A stretch of DNA of 26,989 nucleotides, taken from the NCBI GenBank assembly GCA_050486425.1, contig JBJHDG010000001.1, positions 1 through 26,989 on the forward strand. The letters are read 5' to 3'. Positions 9,202 through 18,701 of the stretch are shown here, one piece after another. This stretch comes from Pseudomonadales bacterium. Its GTDB lineage: Bacteria > Pseudomonadota > Gammaproteobacteria > Pseudomonadales > Azotimanducaceae. The stretch's first letter is position 1; each line of letters begins with the position of its first letter. The translations under genes were made by a program, and so were the position numbers. The notes below the pieces were generated by a model. It saw nothing but the letters and a program-made list of their open reading frames with translations, did not search any database and had not been told where the DNA came from.

Positions 9202-10466
9202 TGACTACGCTGAACCTGCTGGGCCTGATGGCGCTGGGCTTTCTGCTGTTCCTGCTGATACTGGTGTTATTTCAACCTGGCCTCTATTACCAGGTCCCAC
9301 AACCCGTCCACGACCTTGATGACAACCAGCGCCTGCGCCTGCTGGCAGAACTGCTACGTACGCGGGTTCGGCAGGCAAGCCACATTCAACACTTCAATCA
9401 GGGCAGCGATTTTTATGCAGCTCAACTCACCGCCATTGCCGGCGCCACCCAGAGCCTGCATCTGGAAAACTACATCTTCAAACCCGGCCCCATCGCGGAC
9501 AAGTTCATCGCCGCGCTGGAAGAACGCGCTCAGGCTGGTGTGCAGGTGCGTATCGTAGTGGATGCCATTGGTAGTCGACATCTGCGATCGAAACTGTTGC
9601 GGAACATGCGCGCAGCCGGCATCGATATCCATCGCTACCATTTTCTGCAGTGGCATTCGCTGATCCGCCTCAATAACCGCACCCATCGCAACTTATTGTT
9701 GGTGGATGGCAAGCTCGCCTTTATTGGTGGCGCCGGTATTGCCGACTATTGGGATCGCCCGGGTGTTGCCTGGCGCGACACTGTACTCTGCTGCGAAGGC
9801 GAGGTGGTGGCCAGCCTGCAGGGTGTGTTTGCCGAGAACTGGCTGGAATGTACCGGTCAATTATTAGCCGGCGCCGCTTGCTTCCCAGCGCCCAGCCAGC
9901 AAGCAACCGACGCTTGCCAAGCCCTGGCTGTCGGCAGCACTCCCACTTATGGACGCTCCAATCAGGCACGGGTGCTGGTGCAATTTTTGCTGGCATCGGC
10001 GCGGGAAGAAATCCTGATCTGCTCGCCCTACTTTATTCCGGACAAAGGCATCCGCCATGAGTTGCTTCAGGCACAGGCGCGTGGCGTCAAGGTGCGCATC
10101 ATTACCGGCGGGCCTTACACGGATCATCATCTGGTGCGGCGGGCCGGCCGCAAGCGCTTTGGTCATCTGTTAAAAGCAGGTATTGAGGTTTACGAATATG
10201 CCAATGCCATGCTTCACGCCAAAGTGCTGCTGGTGGACGGGCGTTGGTGCCTGCTGGGCTCTACCAATTTCGATCATCGTTCATTCGGCATTAATGATGC
10301 GGTTAACCTGCTGCTGCTCAATCCGGCTCTATATGAAAAGTTGGCTACCGACTTTCAGCAGGACCTGAGCCATAGTCAGGCCTTTACGCTGAGCGACTGG
10401 CAACGCAGATCCGTGGGAGAACGCCTTTTGGCCTGGCTGGGCACCGCGCTGGAGCGCCATCAGTAG
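9195..10466 (+). CDS. Cardiolipin-synthase-like phospholipase D (ClsB/YbhO-like) with an atypical first HKD motif
   Basis: N-terminal TM helix, LENYIF, VDAIGS, first motif HRNLLLVDG...GGAGIAD, WRDT, SPYFIPD, second motif HAKVLLVDG...GSTNFDHRS. ATGCTGA overlap with the upstream gene. Confidence 0.85.
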   Translation: MLMTTLNLLGLMALGFLLFLLILVLFQPGLYYQVPQPVHDLDDNQRLRLLAELLRTRVRQASHIQHFNQGSDFYAAQLTAIAGATQSLHLENYIFKPGPIADKFIAALEERAQAGVQVRIVVDAIGSRHLRSKLLRNMRAAGIDIHRYHFLQWHSLIRLNNRTHRNLLLVDGKLAFIGGAGIADYWDRPGVAWRDTVLCCEGEVVASLQGVFAENWLECTGQLLAGAACFPAPSQQATDACQALAVGSTPTYGRSNQARVLVQFLLASAREEILICSPYFIPDKGIRHELLQAQARGVKVRIITGGPYTDHHLVRRAGRKRFGHLLKAGIEVYEYANAMLHAKVLLVDGRWCLLGSTNFDHRSFGINDAVNLLLLNPALYEKLATDFQQDLSHSQAFTLSDWQRRSVGERLLAWLGTALERHQ

Positions 10467-10518
10467 CGGTGCCAGCCTCTATGGCCACGCTCGAAAGATC
10501 ATGAGGAGATAACCCTTC

Positions 10519-12744
10519 ATGCACAAATTGGTTTCAGCACTGCTGATATTTTGCTGCCTTGGCAGTTGCACGTTGGTGCTTAATCGATTGGGCACCGGTT
10601 TGGTATCTGAAGCCCCCCAGGTGTTGGTAACGGGATTACCTCCAGGCTACGATCCTGCACGGCCCAGACCTTCGTATACCGGCCCCCATCCCTCGCAACT
10701 AGCATTTGATTTGCGCCAATTCGAATTTCCGGTGGCCCTGGGCGACGTGGGCCCCATCGATTACTCCCTGGGGCCCCTGCAGTATCCATTCGCCTGCGAA
10801 ACCCTTGCATCCGACCTGGGGCAGCCCCTGATCGACAACCAGCTGGGTGCTGGTACACCTGTCTTTGCCGAAACCCTAAACGGTGAACTTACCGATCAAG
10901 TGCTGGGTTACAGCCAGGACTGTGGCAGCCCCAGCCGAGTTGACTATTTCTATAAGCCTATTGATGGCCACCGCCTGCTGCCACTACCAGATTCCGCGTT
11001 CTTACCGGCCAATATGGCGTTTGTGGAGCTTGAAGGGCGCCGCATTCCTTTTGTGGTGGCGCTAGAGCGCGGCACCATCAACCGTTTTATCTATGGCATT
11101 GCCATGTTGGCCGATCCTCAGGAGCGCCGGGGGCGGCCGAATGGGCGACACTGGAATCAGCGCCTGGTGTATTACTTCCGCGGTGGTGTGGGTATTGGTA
11201 AACGCCAAGGCCGATTGCGGGTAGGCAGCATGCTGAACCGGCGCCTGGAGCAGTTAGGTCAGGGCTATGCCGTCGTCTTTTCCACTGGCAACCAAACCAG
11301 CAATCACTACAACATCTGGCTGGCAGGGCACACAGCGGCCATGGTGAAGGCGCAGTTTACTGCGCTCTATGGCGAACCCGCATACAGCATCGGCATCGGT
11401 GAATCCGGCGGCGCCGTGCAGCAATATCTGATCGCCCAGAATCAACCCGGCATTCTGGATGCCTTGATCCCCGTGTACAGCTACCCGGACATGATCACGC
11501 AAACCATCTGGGCCCTCGATTGTGAGCTGCTGGAATACTACTTTGATGTCACTGACGCTGATAATCCACGTTGGCGCCAGCAAGAAAATCGCATTCCCAT
11601 TGCAGGCCTGGCTGCTCGCAGTGACATTGAAAACCCCATGAAGCGTTTTGACGATGTGGCCCAGCGCCTGCGCTGGCGCCGACCGCGGCTGGCCGAGGGC
11701 GCGACTGAGTGCGCACTGTCCTGGCGCGGCTTGACGCCACTCACCAATAATCCTCATTACTACCACCGCGCCAACAGATATAGCCCTGAGGTAGCCGCTG
11801 TCGCCCAGTTTACCCACTGGCATGACCTGATGCAGTTCTACGGCGTTGGTCCCGATGGTTTTGCCAACAGCACTTACGACAACACTGGTGTGCAATATGG
11901 TTTGCAGGCATTACTGACCGGTAGCATCAGTGCGGTGGATTTTTTGCACATCAATGCCAACATCGGCAGCTGGAAGCCTGCTCGGGAAATGCGCCAGGAA
12001 CGCCTCTGGCTGTTATCCGGCGATGAAGATTTAACGCGTCTGTCGCTGTGGAGCGACCACAACATGCGCAAGACGCCAGGGGGCCCGACACCAAGATCCG
12101 TATTTGCCCGGCAACAACTTGACGCCATCCGCGTGGCGCCACGCAACCAGGGTCATGCTGGTGCCATGGCCGCCGCCTATTACTCCGGTCATGTATTTCT
12201 GGGCAAACTGGACATACCTGTGGTGGACCTCAGACATTATTTGGATCCGATGCTAGATATGCACCACTCTTTCGCCAGCATGGCAGCGCGCCTGCGCCTG
12301 AAAGCCGGTCAGGGTCATAGTGATAACCAACTGATCTGGGTGGCGGAACCCGACTATGATCCCACGCCACAGGCCTTTGCCCTGCTGGACAGCTGGCTAA
12401 CCACAGGGGCCAAGCCCAGCCACGCCCAGGATGCCTGCTGGAATAATCAAGGTGAACTGATCGCCCAGGGTGATAATGTTTGGGCTGGCGCTTGGTCAGG
12501 CGCGGCACGAGATGGCGACTGTCTTGCCAGATTCCCCATCCATCAGTCACCGCGCAATGCAGCGGGCATGCCCAGACGCGGTGATTACTTCCAGTGCGCA
12601 CTGATCAGCGTTACCGAGGCCATGGCCGCTGACCTGTACGGCAACCTGGACATGAAGCCCTATCAGGCCATGCTGGAATTGGTGTGTCCCCAGGGCGTGT
12701 GTGATTACCGCCAACCGGATCAAGCCCGACCCACGGGATTGTAA
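10519..12744 (+). CDS. Large putative lipoprotein with an alpha/beta-hydrolase nucleophile motif (DUF6351-like)
   Basis: Good RBS (GAGGAG), possible lipobox LGS-C17, YYFRGGVGIG, GESGG at 11398-11412, DMHHSF, C-terminal CPQGVCDY. Family is recalled from similarity, not searched. Confidence 0.7.
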   Translation: MHKLVSALLIFCCLGSCTLVLNRLGTGLVSEAPQVLVTGLPPGYDPARPRPSYTGPHPSQLAFDLRQFEFPVALGDVGPIDYSLGPLQYPFACETLASDLGQPLIDNQLGAGTPVFAETLNGELTDQVLGYSQDCGSPSRVDYFYKPIDGHRLLPLPDSAFLPANMAFVELEGRRIPFVVALERGTINRFIYGIAMLADPQERRGRPNGRHWNQRLVYYFRGGVGIGKRQGRLRVGSMLNRRLEQLGQGYAVVFSTGNQTSNHYNIWLAGHTAAMVKAQFTALYGEPAYSIGIGESGGAVQQYLIAQNQPGILDALIPVYSYPDMITQTIWALDCELLEYYFDVTDADNPRWRQQENRIPIAGLAARSDIENPMKRFDDVAQRLRWRRPRLAEGATECALSWRGLTPLTNNPHYYHRANRYSPEVAAVAQFTHWHDLMQFYGVGPDGFANSTYDNTGVQYGLQALLTGSISAVDFLHINANIGSWKPAREMRQERLWLLSGDEDLTRLSLWSDHNMRKTPGGPTPRSVFARQQLDAIRVAPRNQGHAGAMAAAYYSGHVFLGKLDIPVVDLRHYLDPMLDMHHSFASMAARLRLKAGQGHSDNQLIWVAEPDYDPTPQAFALLDSWLTTGAKPSHAQDACWNNQGELIAQGDNVWAGAWSGAARDGDCLARFPIHQSPRNAAGMPRRGDYFQCALISVTEAMAADLYGNLDMKPYQAMLELVCPQGVCDYRQPDQARPTGL

Positions 12745-12754
12745 CGCGGCTGGA

Positions 12755-15130
12755 TCAGCGCTTGTGTCTACTGCCCTGCCGCGTGAGCGCCTGATTTAAC
12801 GCCGCCGCCAACGCACCCTGGGGCTTTTGCGTCTCCCCTTTGCTGCGTTGTTGGTTCTGCTGGCGTCGCTCCCCACCTGGCTTCGTCGGCGCGGCAGCTG
12901 CTGCTTGCTCTGCCTTGGGCGGCGTATCTGACAGGCGCATACTTAGGCTGATACGGCGGCGCGGCAAATCTATTTCCAGCACCCGTACTTTGACAATGTC
13001 TCCCGCCTTCACCACCTGATGCGGGTCTTTGACAAACTGCTCTGCCAGATGCGAGATGTGTACCAGGCCATCCTGATGCACACCCACATCCACAAACGCA
13101 CCAAAATTGGTGACATTGGTTACCACGCCTTCCAGGATCATGCCCGACTGCAGATCTTTCAACTCCTGCACCTGCTCATGAAACTGGGGCGCGCGAAATT
13201 CCGGGCGCGGATCCCGTCCCGGCCGCTCGAGCTCGGCCAGAATGTCCTGCACTGTGGGCACACCGAAGCGGTCATCCGTATATTGTTCGGCTTTGAGTCT
13301 GCGCACCTTATCGGCTTGGCCCATCAGTGCACCCACGTCACAACCCAGATCAGCCAGAATGCGCTCCACCACCGGGTAGGCTTCGGGATGCACAGCGGTA
13401 ATATCCAGTGGATTGGTGCCGCCACGGATACGTAAGAACCCCGCTGCCTGCTCATAGGTTTTCGGCCCCAATCTGGGTACCTGCAGCAGGGCTTCGCGGC
13501 TGGCAAACGGACCCTGGGCATCACGCACGCCGACAATGGCCTCAGCCAGCGTCGGCGTCAGACCGGATACCACTGACAACAGCGGCACGCTGGCAGTGTT
13601 CAAGTCCACCCCTACCGCGTTGACACAGTCCTCCACCACCGCATCCAGCGACTTTGCCAAACGACTCTGACTCACATCATGCTGATACTGGCCGACGCCA
13701 ATGGCCTTGGGCTCAATTTTCACCAGCTCTGCCAATGGATCCTGCAGACGGCGGGCAATGGACACAGCGCCGCGCAAGCTCACATCCAGATCTGGAAACT
13801 CCCGTGCCGCCAAGGCTGAAGCCGAGTACACAGAAGCACCGGCCTCGGAAATCATGATCTTGGTGAGCTTAAGTTCGGGCTGACGCCGCATCAGCTCACC
13901 CACCAGCGCATCTGTTTCCCGGGAGCCGGTACCATTACCAATGGCAACCAGCTCCACCTGATGACGCGCACAGAGCGACGCCAGTTTCGCCAAGCTACCG
14001 GCCACATCATTACGCGGCTGCAACGGATAGATGGTATCCGTCGCCAGCAGCTTGCCGGTGCCATCCACCACGGCCACCTTCACACCGGTACGAATACCCG
14101 GATCCAGGCCCATGGTGCAACGCATACCCGCCGGAGCTGCCAACAGAAGATCTTTCAAGTTGCGGGCAAAAACATTGATGGCTTCCTCTTCCGCCCGAGC
14201 CCGCAGCGCCGTCAACAGTTGGGTTTCCAGCTGCAGGCTCAGCTTGGCACGCCAGGCCAGACGCAGGCTTTCCTGCAACCAGGGATCCGCCGGGCGCTCC
14301 AGGTCCTTGATGCCAAAATGCGCGGCCATCATCTGCTCAGCGCTGTCACGGCTGGTGCTGGTCCACTCTGGCGCCAGGGTTTCTGGCAACCGCAGTTCTA
14401 GGCGCAGCACTTTCTCGTTGCGGCCGCGAAATAATGCCAGGGCGCGATGGGGCGGCACCTTGGCATAGGCTTCCGCATAGTCGAAGTAGTCCTTGAACTT
14501 GGCACCCTGAGCTTCCATTTCCGGCACCAGTTGCGAACGCAGCACGGCCTGCTGCTGCAAATGCAGCCGCAACCGCTCCAGCAAGGCGGCATCTTCACTG
14601 AAGCTATCCAGCAAGATCCAGCGCGCACCCTCCAGCGCGGCCTTCACATCAGGTACACCAGGATTCTCACCGGCTTCGGTAGTAAACGCCGGTTTCAGAT
14701 AAGCGGCCGCCACTGTTTCCGGATGCAGCGTCGGATCCGCCAGCAACGCCTCAGCCAAGGGCGCCAGCCCTGCTTCAATGGCGATCTGCGCCTTGGTGCG
14801 ACGCTTGGGTTTATAGGGCAGATACAAATCTTCCAGCTGCTGCTTGGTTTCCGCCAACCCAATCGCTTTGCTCAGCGCTGCCGTCAGCTTGCCCTGCTCA
14901 TCGATACTGCCGAGGATGCTGGCACGCCGCTCTTCCAGTTCCCGCAGGTAACCCAGCCGCTCCTGCAAATTGCGCAACTGCGTATCGTCCAACCCGCCCG
15001 TGACTTCCTTGCGATAACGCGCGATGAAAGGCACCGTGGCACCTTCGTCAAGCAACTGGACGGCCGCATTGACCTGTGCTTCACGCGCGCCAAGTTCGGC
15101 CGCAATACGAGCTGGAATGGATGGGAGCAT
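12755..15130 (-). CDS. tex: Tex/YhgF RNA-binding transcriptional accessory protein
   Basis: [72 protein letters not shown]1 domain [26 protein letters not shown]. Confidence 0.96.
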   Translation of the reverse strand: MLPSIPARIAAELGAREAQVNAAVQLLDEGATVPFIARYRKEVTGGLDDTQLRNLQERLGYLRELEERRASILGSIDEQGKLTAALSKAIGLAETKQQLEDLYLPYKPKRRTKAQIAIEAGLAPLAEALLADPTLHPETVAAAYLKPAFTTEAGENPGVPDVKAALEGARWILLDSFSEDAALLERLRLHLQQQAVLRSQLVPEMEAQGAKFKDYFDYAEAYAKVPPHRALALFRGRNEKVLRLELRLPETLAPEWTSTSRDSAEQMMAAHFGIKDLERPADPWLQESLRLAWRAKLSLQLETQLLTALRARAEEEAINVFARNLKDLLLAAPAGMRCTMGLDPGIRTGVKVAVVDGTGKLLATDTIYPLQPRNDVAGSLAKLASLCARHQVELVAIGNGTGSRETDALVGELMRRQPELKLTKIMISEAGASVYSASALAAREFPDLDVSLRGAVSIARRLQDPLAELVKIEPKAIGVGQYQHDVSQSRLAKSLDAVVEDCVNAVGVDLNTASVPLLSVVSGLTPTLAEAIVGVRDAQGPFASREALLQVPRLGPKTYEQAAGFLRIRGGTNPLDITAVHPEAYPVVERILADLGCDVGALMGQADKVRRLKAEQYTDDRFGVPTVQDILAELERPGRDPRPEFRAPQFHEQVQELKDLQSGMILEGVVTNVTNFGAFVDVGVHQDGLVHISHLAEQFVKDPHQVVKAGDIVKVRVLEIDLPRRRISLSMRLSDTPPKAEQAAAAAPTKPGGERRQQNQQRSKGETQKPQGALAAALNQALTRQGSRHKR

Positions 15131-15263
15131 GGCGGATGTGTTACCTCTGGCGCAGCGGAGGCGCGACTATGGCGAAACCAGCAAGGTCACACAAGTCTTG
15201 CGGCGCGGCAAAAATTCTGTAAGGCGCCGCCCGGATATTCGCTATTGCGACTGAAAATGTCGC

Positions 15264-15830
15264 TTATGCTCTGGCGACAAACTTACCGGTTTCCGTATTC
15301 ACCTTCACGGGTTCATCCACCGCCAAATATTCTGGCACCTGAATCTCCAGGCCCGTCTCCAGTTTTGCCGGCTTGGTGCGCCCGGTAGCAGTTGCACCTT
15401 TCAGCGCCGGCGCGGTATCCACAATACGCAGCACCACATTGGGCGGCAGTTCGATGGCTTTGAGATGATCCTCCACCAGCAAACCAAAAATACCTGTCAT
15501 GCCCTCCAGCAGGTACAACTCCTGACCGTCCAACGCTTCCCGCGTCAGGCTGTACTGACTGTAGTCTTCCGTATTCATGAAGACATACTCGTTGCCGTCT
15601 ACATAGGAGAGTTGCAGCCGCACCCGTAGACAATCGGCTTCCTGCAGGTAGTCATCCCCCTTGTAGGATTCCTCGCGTTTCAATCCGGTGAGCATATTGG
15701 TGAAGCGCACCTTGTACAGGGTTGCCGCCCCTCGGGAGGATGGACTGCGTGCCTCCAACCGGCGCACGATATGGGGCGCGCCTTCAACCTGCAGCACCAT
15801 ACCGTTTTTGAGCTCAGAAGCCTTGGGCAT
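15264..15830 (-). CDS. yeiP: Elongation factor P-like protein EfpL (YeiP)
   Basis: MPKASELKNGM start, tip loop SPSSR33GAATLYKVRF (YeiP type), C-terminal LETGLEIQVPEYL...KVNTETGKFVARA. True ATG at 15830; the ORF track's upstream extension is unlikely. Confidence 0.92.
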   Translation of the reverse strand: MPKASELKNGMVLQVEGAPHIVRRLEARSPSSRGAATLYKVRFTNMLTGLKREESYKGDDYLQEADCLRVRLQLSYVDGNEYVFMNTEDYSQYSLTREALDGQELYLLEGMTGIFGLLVEDHLKAIELPPNVVLRIVDTAPALKGATATGRTKPAKLETGLEIQVPEYLAVDEPVKVNTETGKFVARA

Positions 15831-15889
15831 TGCATCCTCTCCTGCTAGGTCAGGCGCGCAATCTAGCAGAAGCCCAGGCCGGCGCAAAC

Positions 15890-16549
15890 CTAGCGCTTGC
15901 AGGCCAGGTGAATGCCATCCCCCACGGGCAACAGGTAACTGCTGACCCGGGCATCAGCGGCAACCTTTTGATTGATGGCACGCAATGCCCGGGTATCCGG
16001 ATCCTGGGCACCGCCAGTCAGTACCTGCCCGCTCCACAGACAGTTATCCAGCAGCATCAGGCCGCCTGGTCGCAATAGCTGCAAACAAAGTTCGTAATAG
16101 GTCTCGTACCCGGTCTTGTCGGCATCAATAAACGCAAAATCGAAACTGCCCTGCTCGCCCGCAGCCAAGCGCGCCTGCAGGGTTTCTGCCGCCGGCGCCA
16201 GCACCAGTTCAATGCGCTCGGCAACGCCGGCACGCTGCCAGTAGCGACGGGCAATCTGCGTCCAGTCTTCTGCCACATCACAAGCCAGCAGATAACCATT
16301 GGCCGGCAGCGCCCGGGCCGTGATCAGGCTGCTGTAGCCGGTAAATACACCCACCTCGATGCAGCGTCTGGCACCGCAGGCGCGCACCAATAACTGCATC
16401 AATTGTGCTTGCTCAACGGATATCTGCATACCGGCATTGGGCAGCGCGGCGGTTTCCGTGCGCAGCGCCTGCAATATCTCATCTTCGGCCGGCAGCAGTG
16501 CCGTAACATAATCATGAATGGGCTGATCCACCTGTATCCAACGTGCCAT
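15890..16549 (-). CDS. Class I SAM-dependent O-methyltransferase (caffeoyl-CoA/catechol OMT-like, cation-dependent)
   Basis: MQISVEQAQ, IEVGVFTGYSSL, FDFAFIDADK, YYE, LRPGGLMLLDNCLWSG. Start at ATG 16549 with RBS GAGGAAGG. Confidence 0.9.
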   Translation of the reverse strand: MARWIQVDQPIHDYVTALLPAEDEILQALRTETAALPNAGMQISVEQAQLMQLLVRACGARRCIEVGVFTGYSSLITARALPANGYLLACDVAEDWTQIARRYWQRAGVAERIELVLAPAAETLQARLAAGEQGSFDFAFIDADKTGYETYYELCLQLLRPGGLMLLDNCLWSGQVLTGGAQDPDTRALRAINQKVAADARVSSYLLPVGDGIHLACKR

Positions 16550-16589
16550 TTGCCTTCCTCCCGCTATCCCCAGGGTGTGGGTCGGCATC

Positions 16590-18110
16590 TTACCCCTGTT
16601 GCCACAACTGCTGCAGTGCCGGATCCGGCCAGGACTGCAGACGACAGGGTTCATCAAAGATCAGCGTACTGCGCTGCCCGGGCTCATAAGCGGGCCAGGT
16701 CGGCAGTCCCGCATGGCCAGGCCTGCCATAGCGGGCGAAGTGACACCAGGCGCTGCTCATGTCCGCTGCCAACTGCCACTTGCCCGGTCGACTGCCGGTG
16801 AGCGGCACCAACGCGCAGTTATCAAACACCAATGGCACATCCAGGGCATGGCAGGCACCAAAAATGCCACCACGAAAATCTGTGCGCCAGTGCAGCTGAT
16901 ACATGTAGACCGGCGCTGCCGGATCTGCTGCCAGCCGCCAATTCGCCAGCTGCCAGGCCGCGCGCTGGGTAAAGCTGCTTTGAATCGCCACCAGCAGCGC
17001 CCAGGGGCTGGCATCAGGCAGCCGTTGCTGGAACAACGGCAACAACTGGGTGGCCGTTGCCGACCAAGCTGCCAGCCGCATCCGGAGTTCTGCCAGTGTC
17101 AGGCGGCCACGCCGACGATCCGTGGCCAGAAACATGGCCGCCTCGTCCAGGTTACTGCCCAATAACAGCGGTACAGCCGCAGTGGGTAGCATCGGGTCTG
17201 ACGCAAGATGGACGTCATCTGCCACTGGCCCCAACCGCAGCAACGGACTGCGGCGACCGGAAATGCGCGAACGCTGCTGCGACAGGGGCAAATTACGCAA
17301 CGCTGCCAGCAATGCCGCCGGAGGCATCTGTGTTAACGCAGGCAGCGGCTGCGCGCCCAGTTCCAGATGCGTCACCAGCGCCTTGGTCAGCGCTTCGGCG
17401 TCGGCAACAGTAACCGCGCCCGGACCTGCACCACTTTGAATGATGGCTTTGTGAAACAGTCCCTGCGCCGCCGGCATGGCGAGCAGCGTGCTCACCTTGG
17501 TGCCACCGGCTGATTCGCCAAACAGCGTGATGTTGTCCGGATCGCCGCCAAAGGCGCTGATATGAACACGCAGCCACTGCAGGGCCGCGATAATGTCCAG
17601 CATGCCGACATTGCCCGCGTCGACATAATCAGCGCCACCCAGTGCGGCCAGATGCAGAAAACCAAAAGGCCCCAGGCGGTGGTTGAGGGTTACCACCAGC
17701 AGCTCACCACGCCGCGCCAGGTTGTGACCGTCATACCAAGTTTCAGAACCCGCACCAGCGGCAAAGCCGCGGCCATGCAGCCAGACCATCACTGGTTGTC
17801 GAACTGCGCCTGCCGGCGCCCAGATATTCAGGCGCAAACAATCCTCGACCATGGGCAGATAACGGATACGCCCCAGCACATTGGCATCGGAGGCGCGGCG
17901 CTCCGTCAACTCACCCAGCTGGGGGCAGATGGGACCAAAGTCCGTGGCATCCAACAGGCCCATCCAGGGCGGCTGCGGCGCAGGCGCCTGAAAACGCTGC
18001 ACCACCCGCGCATAGGGCACACCCAGGAACCGGTTGATCTGTTGCCGGCACCGACCCCGGACCCATCCGGACGGCGTGGCCACCATTGGCCCTGGCGGAA
18101 ACTGCTGCAT
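16590..18110 (-). CDS. Type-B carboxylesterase (PnbA / p-nitrobenzyl esterase-like)
   Basis: FLGVPYA, EDCLRLNIWAP, NHRLGPFGFL, GDPDNITLFGESAGG (Ser), GSNLDE (Glu), GACHALDVPLVF (His). RBS AGGAG. Confidence 0.92.
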   Translation of the reverse strand: MQQFPPGPMVATPSGWVRGRCRQQINRFLGVPYARVVQRFQAPAPQPPWMGLLDATDFGPICPQLGELTERRASDANVLGRIRYLPMVEDCLRLNIWAPAGAVRQPVMVWLHGRGFAAGAGSETWYDGHNLARRGELLVVTLNHRLGPFGFLHLAALGGADYVDAGNVGMLDIIAALQWLRVHISAFGGDPDNITLFGESAGGTKVSTLLAMPAAQGLFHKAIIQSGAGPGAVTVADAEALTKALVTHLELGAQPLPALTQMPPAALLAALRNLPLSQQRSRISGRRSPLLRLGPVADDVHLASDPMLPTAAVPLLLGSNLDEAAMFLATDRRRGRLTLAELRMRLAAWSATATQLLPLFQQRLPDASPWALLVAIQSSFTQRAAWQLANWRLAADPAAPVYMYQLHWRTDFRGGIFGACHALDVPLVFDNCALVPLTGSRPGKWQLAADMSSAWCHFARYGRPGHAGLPTWPAYEPGQRSTLIFDEPCRLQSWPDPALQQLWQQG

Positions 18111-18197
18111 GAAGACTCCTGCGCAAGCCCAGGTTTGCCCTGGGCGCCCACAACATAGAGACTAGTGCGCTGAGATGGCAACCCCGAGTGAGCACAG

Positions 18198-18701
18198 GTG
18201 TTGGAAGATCTGCATGAAAAACCCGGCAGCGTCGTGGTACGCACTGTGCTGGCGGTGTACCGGGAAATGGAACGGCTGGCCCGGGATGAGACCATGACAC
18301 TGGCCCAGTACCGGCTGTTGGTATTCCTATTACGCGGCCCCAGACGCACCGCCGAGCTGGCGGTGGCCGCCTTGGTTGCCAAACCCAGCATCACCCCCAT
18401 CGTGGCCAGCCTGGAAAAACAGGGCTGGGTGACCAGATCCACGGATCCAGAGGATCAGCGGGTTTCCAATGTGCGCATCACCGACCAAGGGCGCAAGGCC
18501 ATGGCCGCCTTTGAGGCCCATCTGGAATCCGCCCTGGCCGACCTGATCGGGCGCGACGTGGTGAACCAGGCCAACCAGGGCCTGCTACCCATGTACCATG
18601 CCCATTCCAAAGCCCGGGAGGAAAGCTTCCTGCGCTGGGCAACTTACCGCATGGGCACCCCATTGACAGCGCCGGACGATGCAGCGGAGGAACGCGGATG
18701 A
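18198..18701 (+). CDS. MarR-family transcriptional regulator
   Basis: MTLAQYRLLVFL...AELA...KPSITPIVASLEKQGWVTRSTDPEDQRVSNVRITDQG winged HTH. GTG start. Divergent from the esterase. Confidence 0.85.
   Translation: MLEDLHEKPGSVVVRTVLAVYREMERLARDETMTLAQYRLLVFLLRGPRRTAELAVAALVAKPSITPIVASLEKQGWVTRSTDPEDQRVSNVRITDQGRKAMAAFEAHLESALADLIGRDVVNQANQGLLPMYHAHSKAREESFLRWATYRMGTPLTAPDDAAEERG

Noticed and set aside
12755-12935. Low-complexity Ala/Gln/Lys-rich C-terminal tail of Tex
   Set aside because: Variable tails after the S1 domain are common in Tex proteins and there is no repeat unit.
14447-15388. 313-aa plus-strand ORF spanning tex and efpL
   Set aside because: Antisense to two highly conserved genes and has no domain features.
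15831-15887. N-terminal extensions given by the ORF track for efpL, and likewise for the OMT (to 16657), maeA (to 4792) and the ZrgB-like ATPase (to 23157)
   Set aside because: Downstream starts match family N-termini or have better RBSs.
18127-18145. Inverted repeat GCCCAGG-tttgc-CCTGGGC in the esterase/marR gap as a MarR operator
   Set aside because: Plausible position, but GC-rich whereas MarR operators are usually AT-rich; too weak to call without footprinting.
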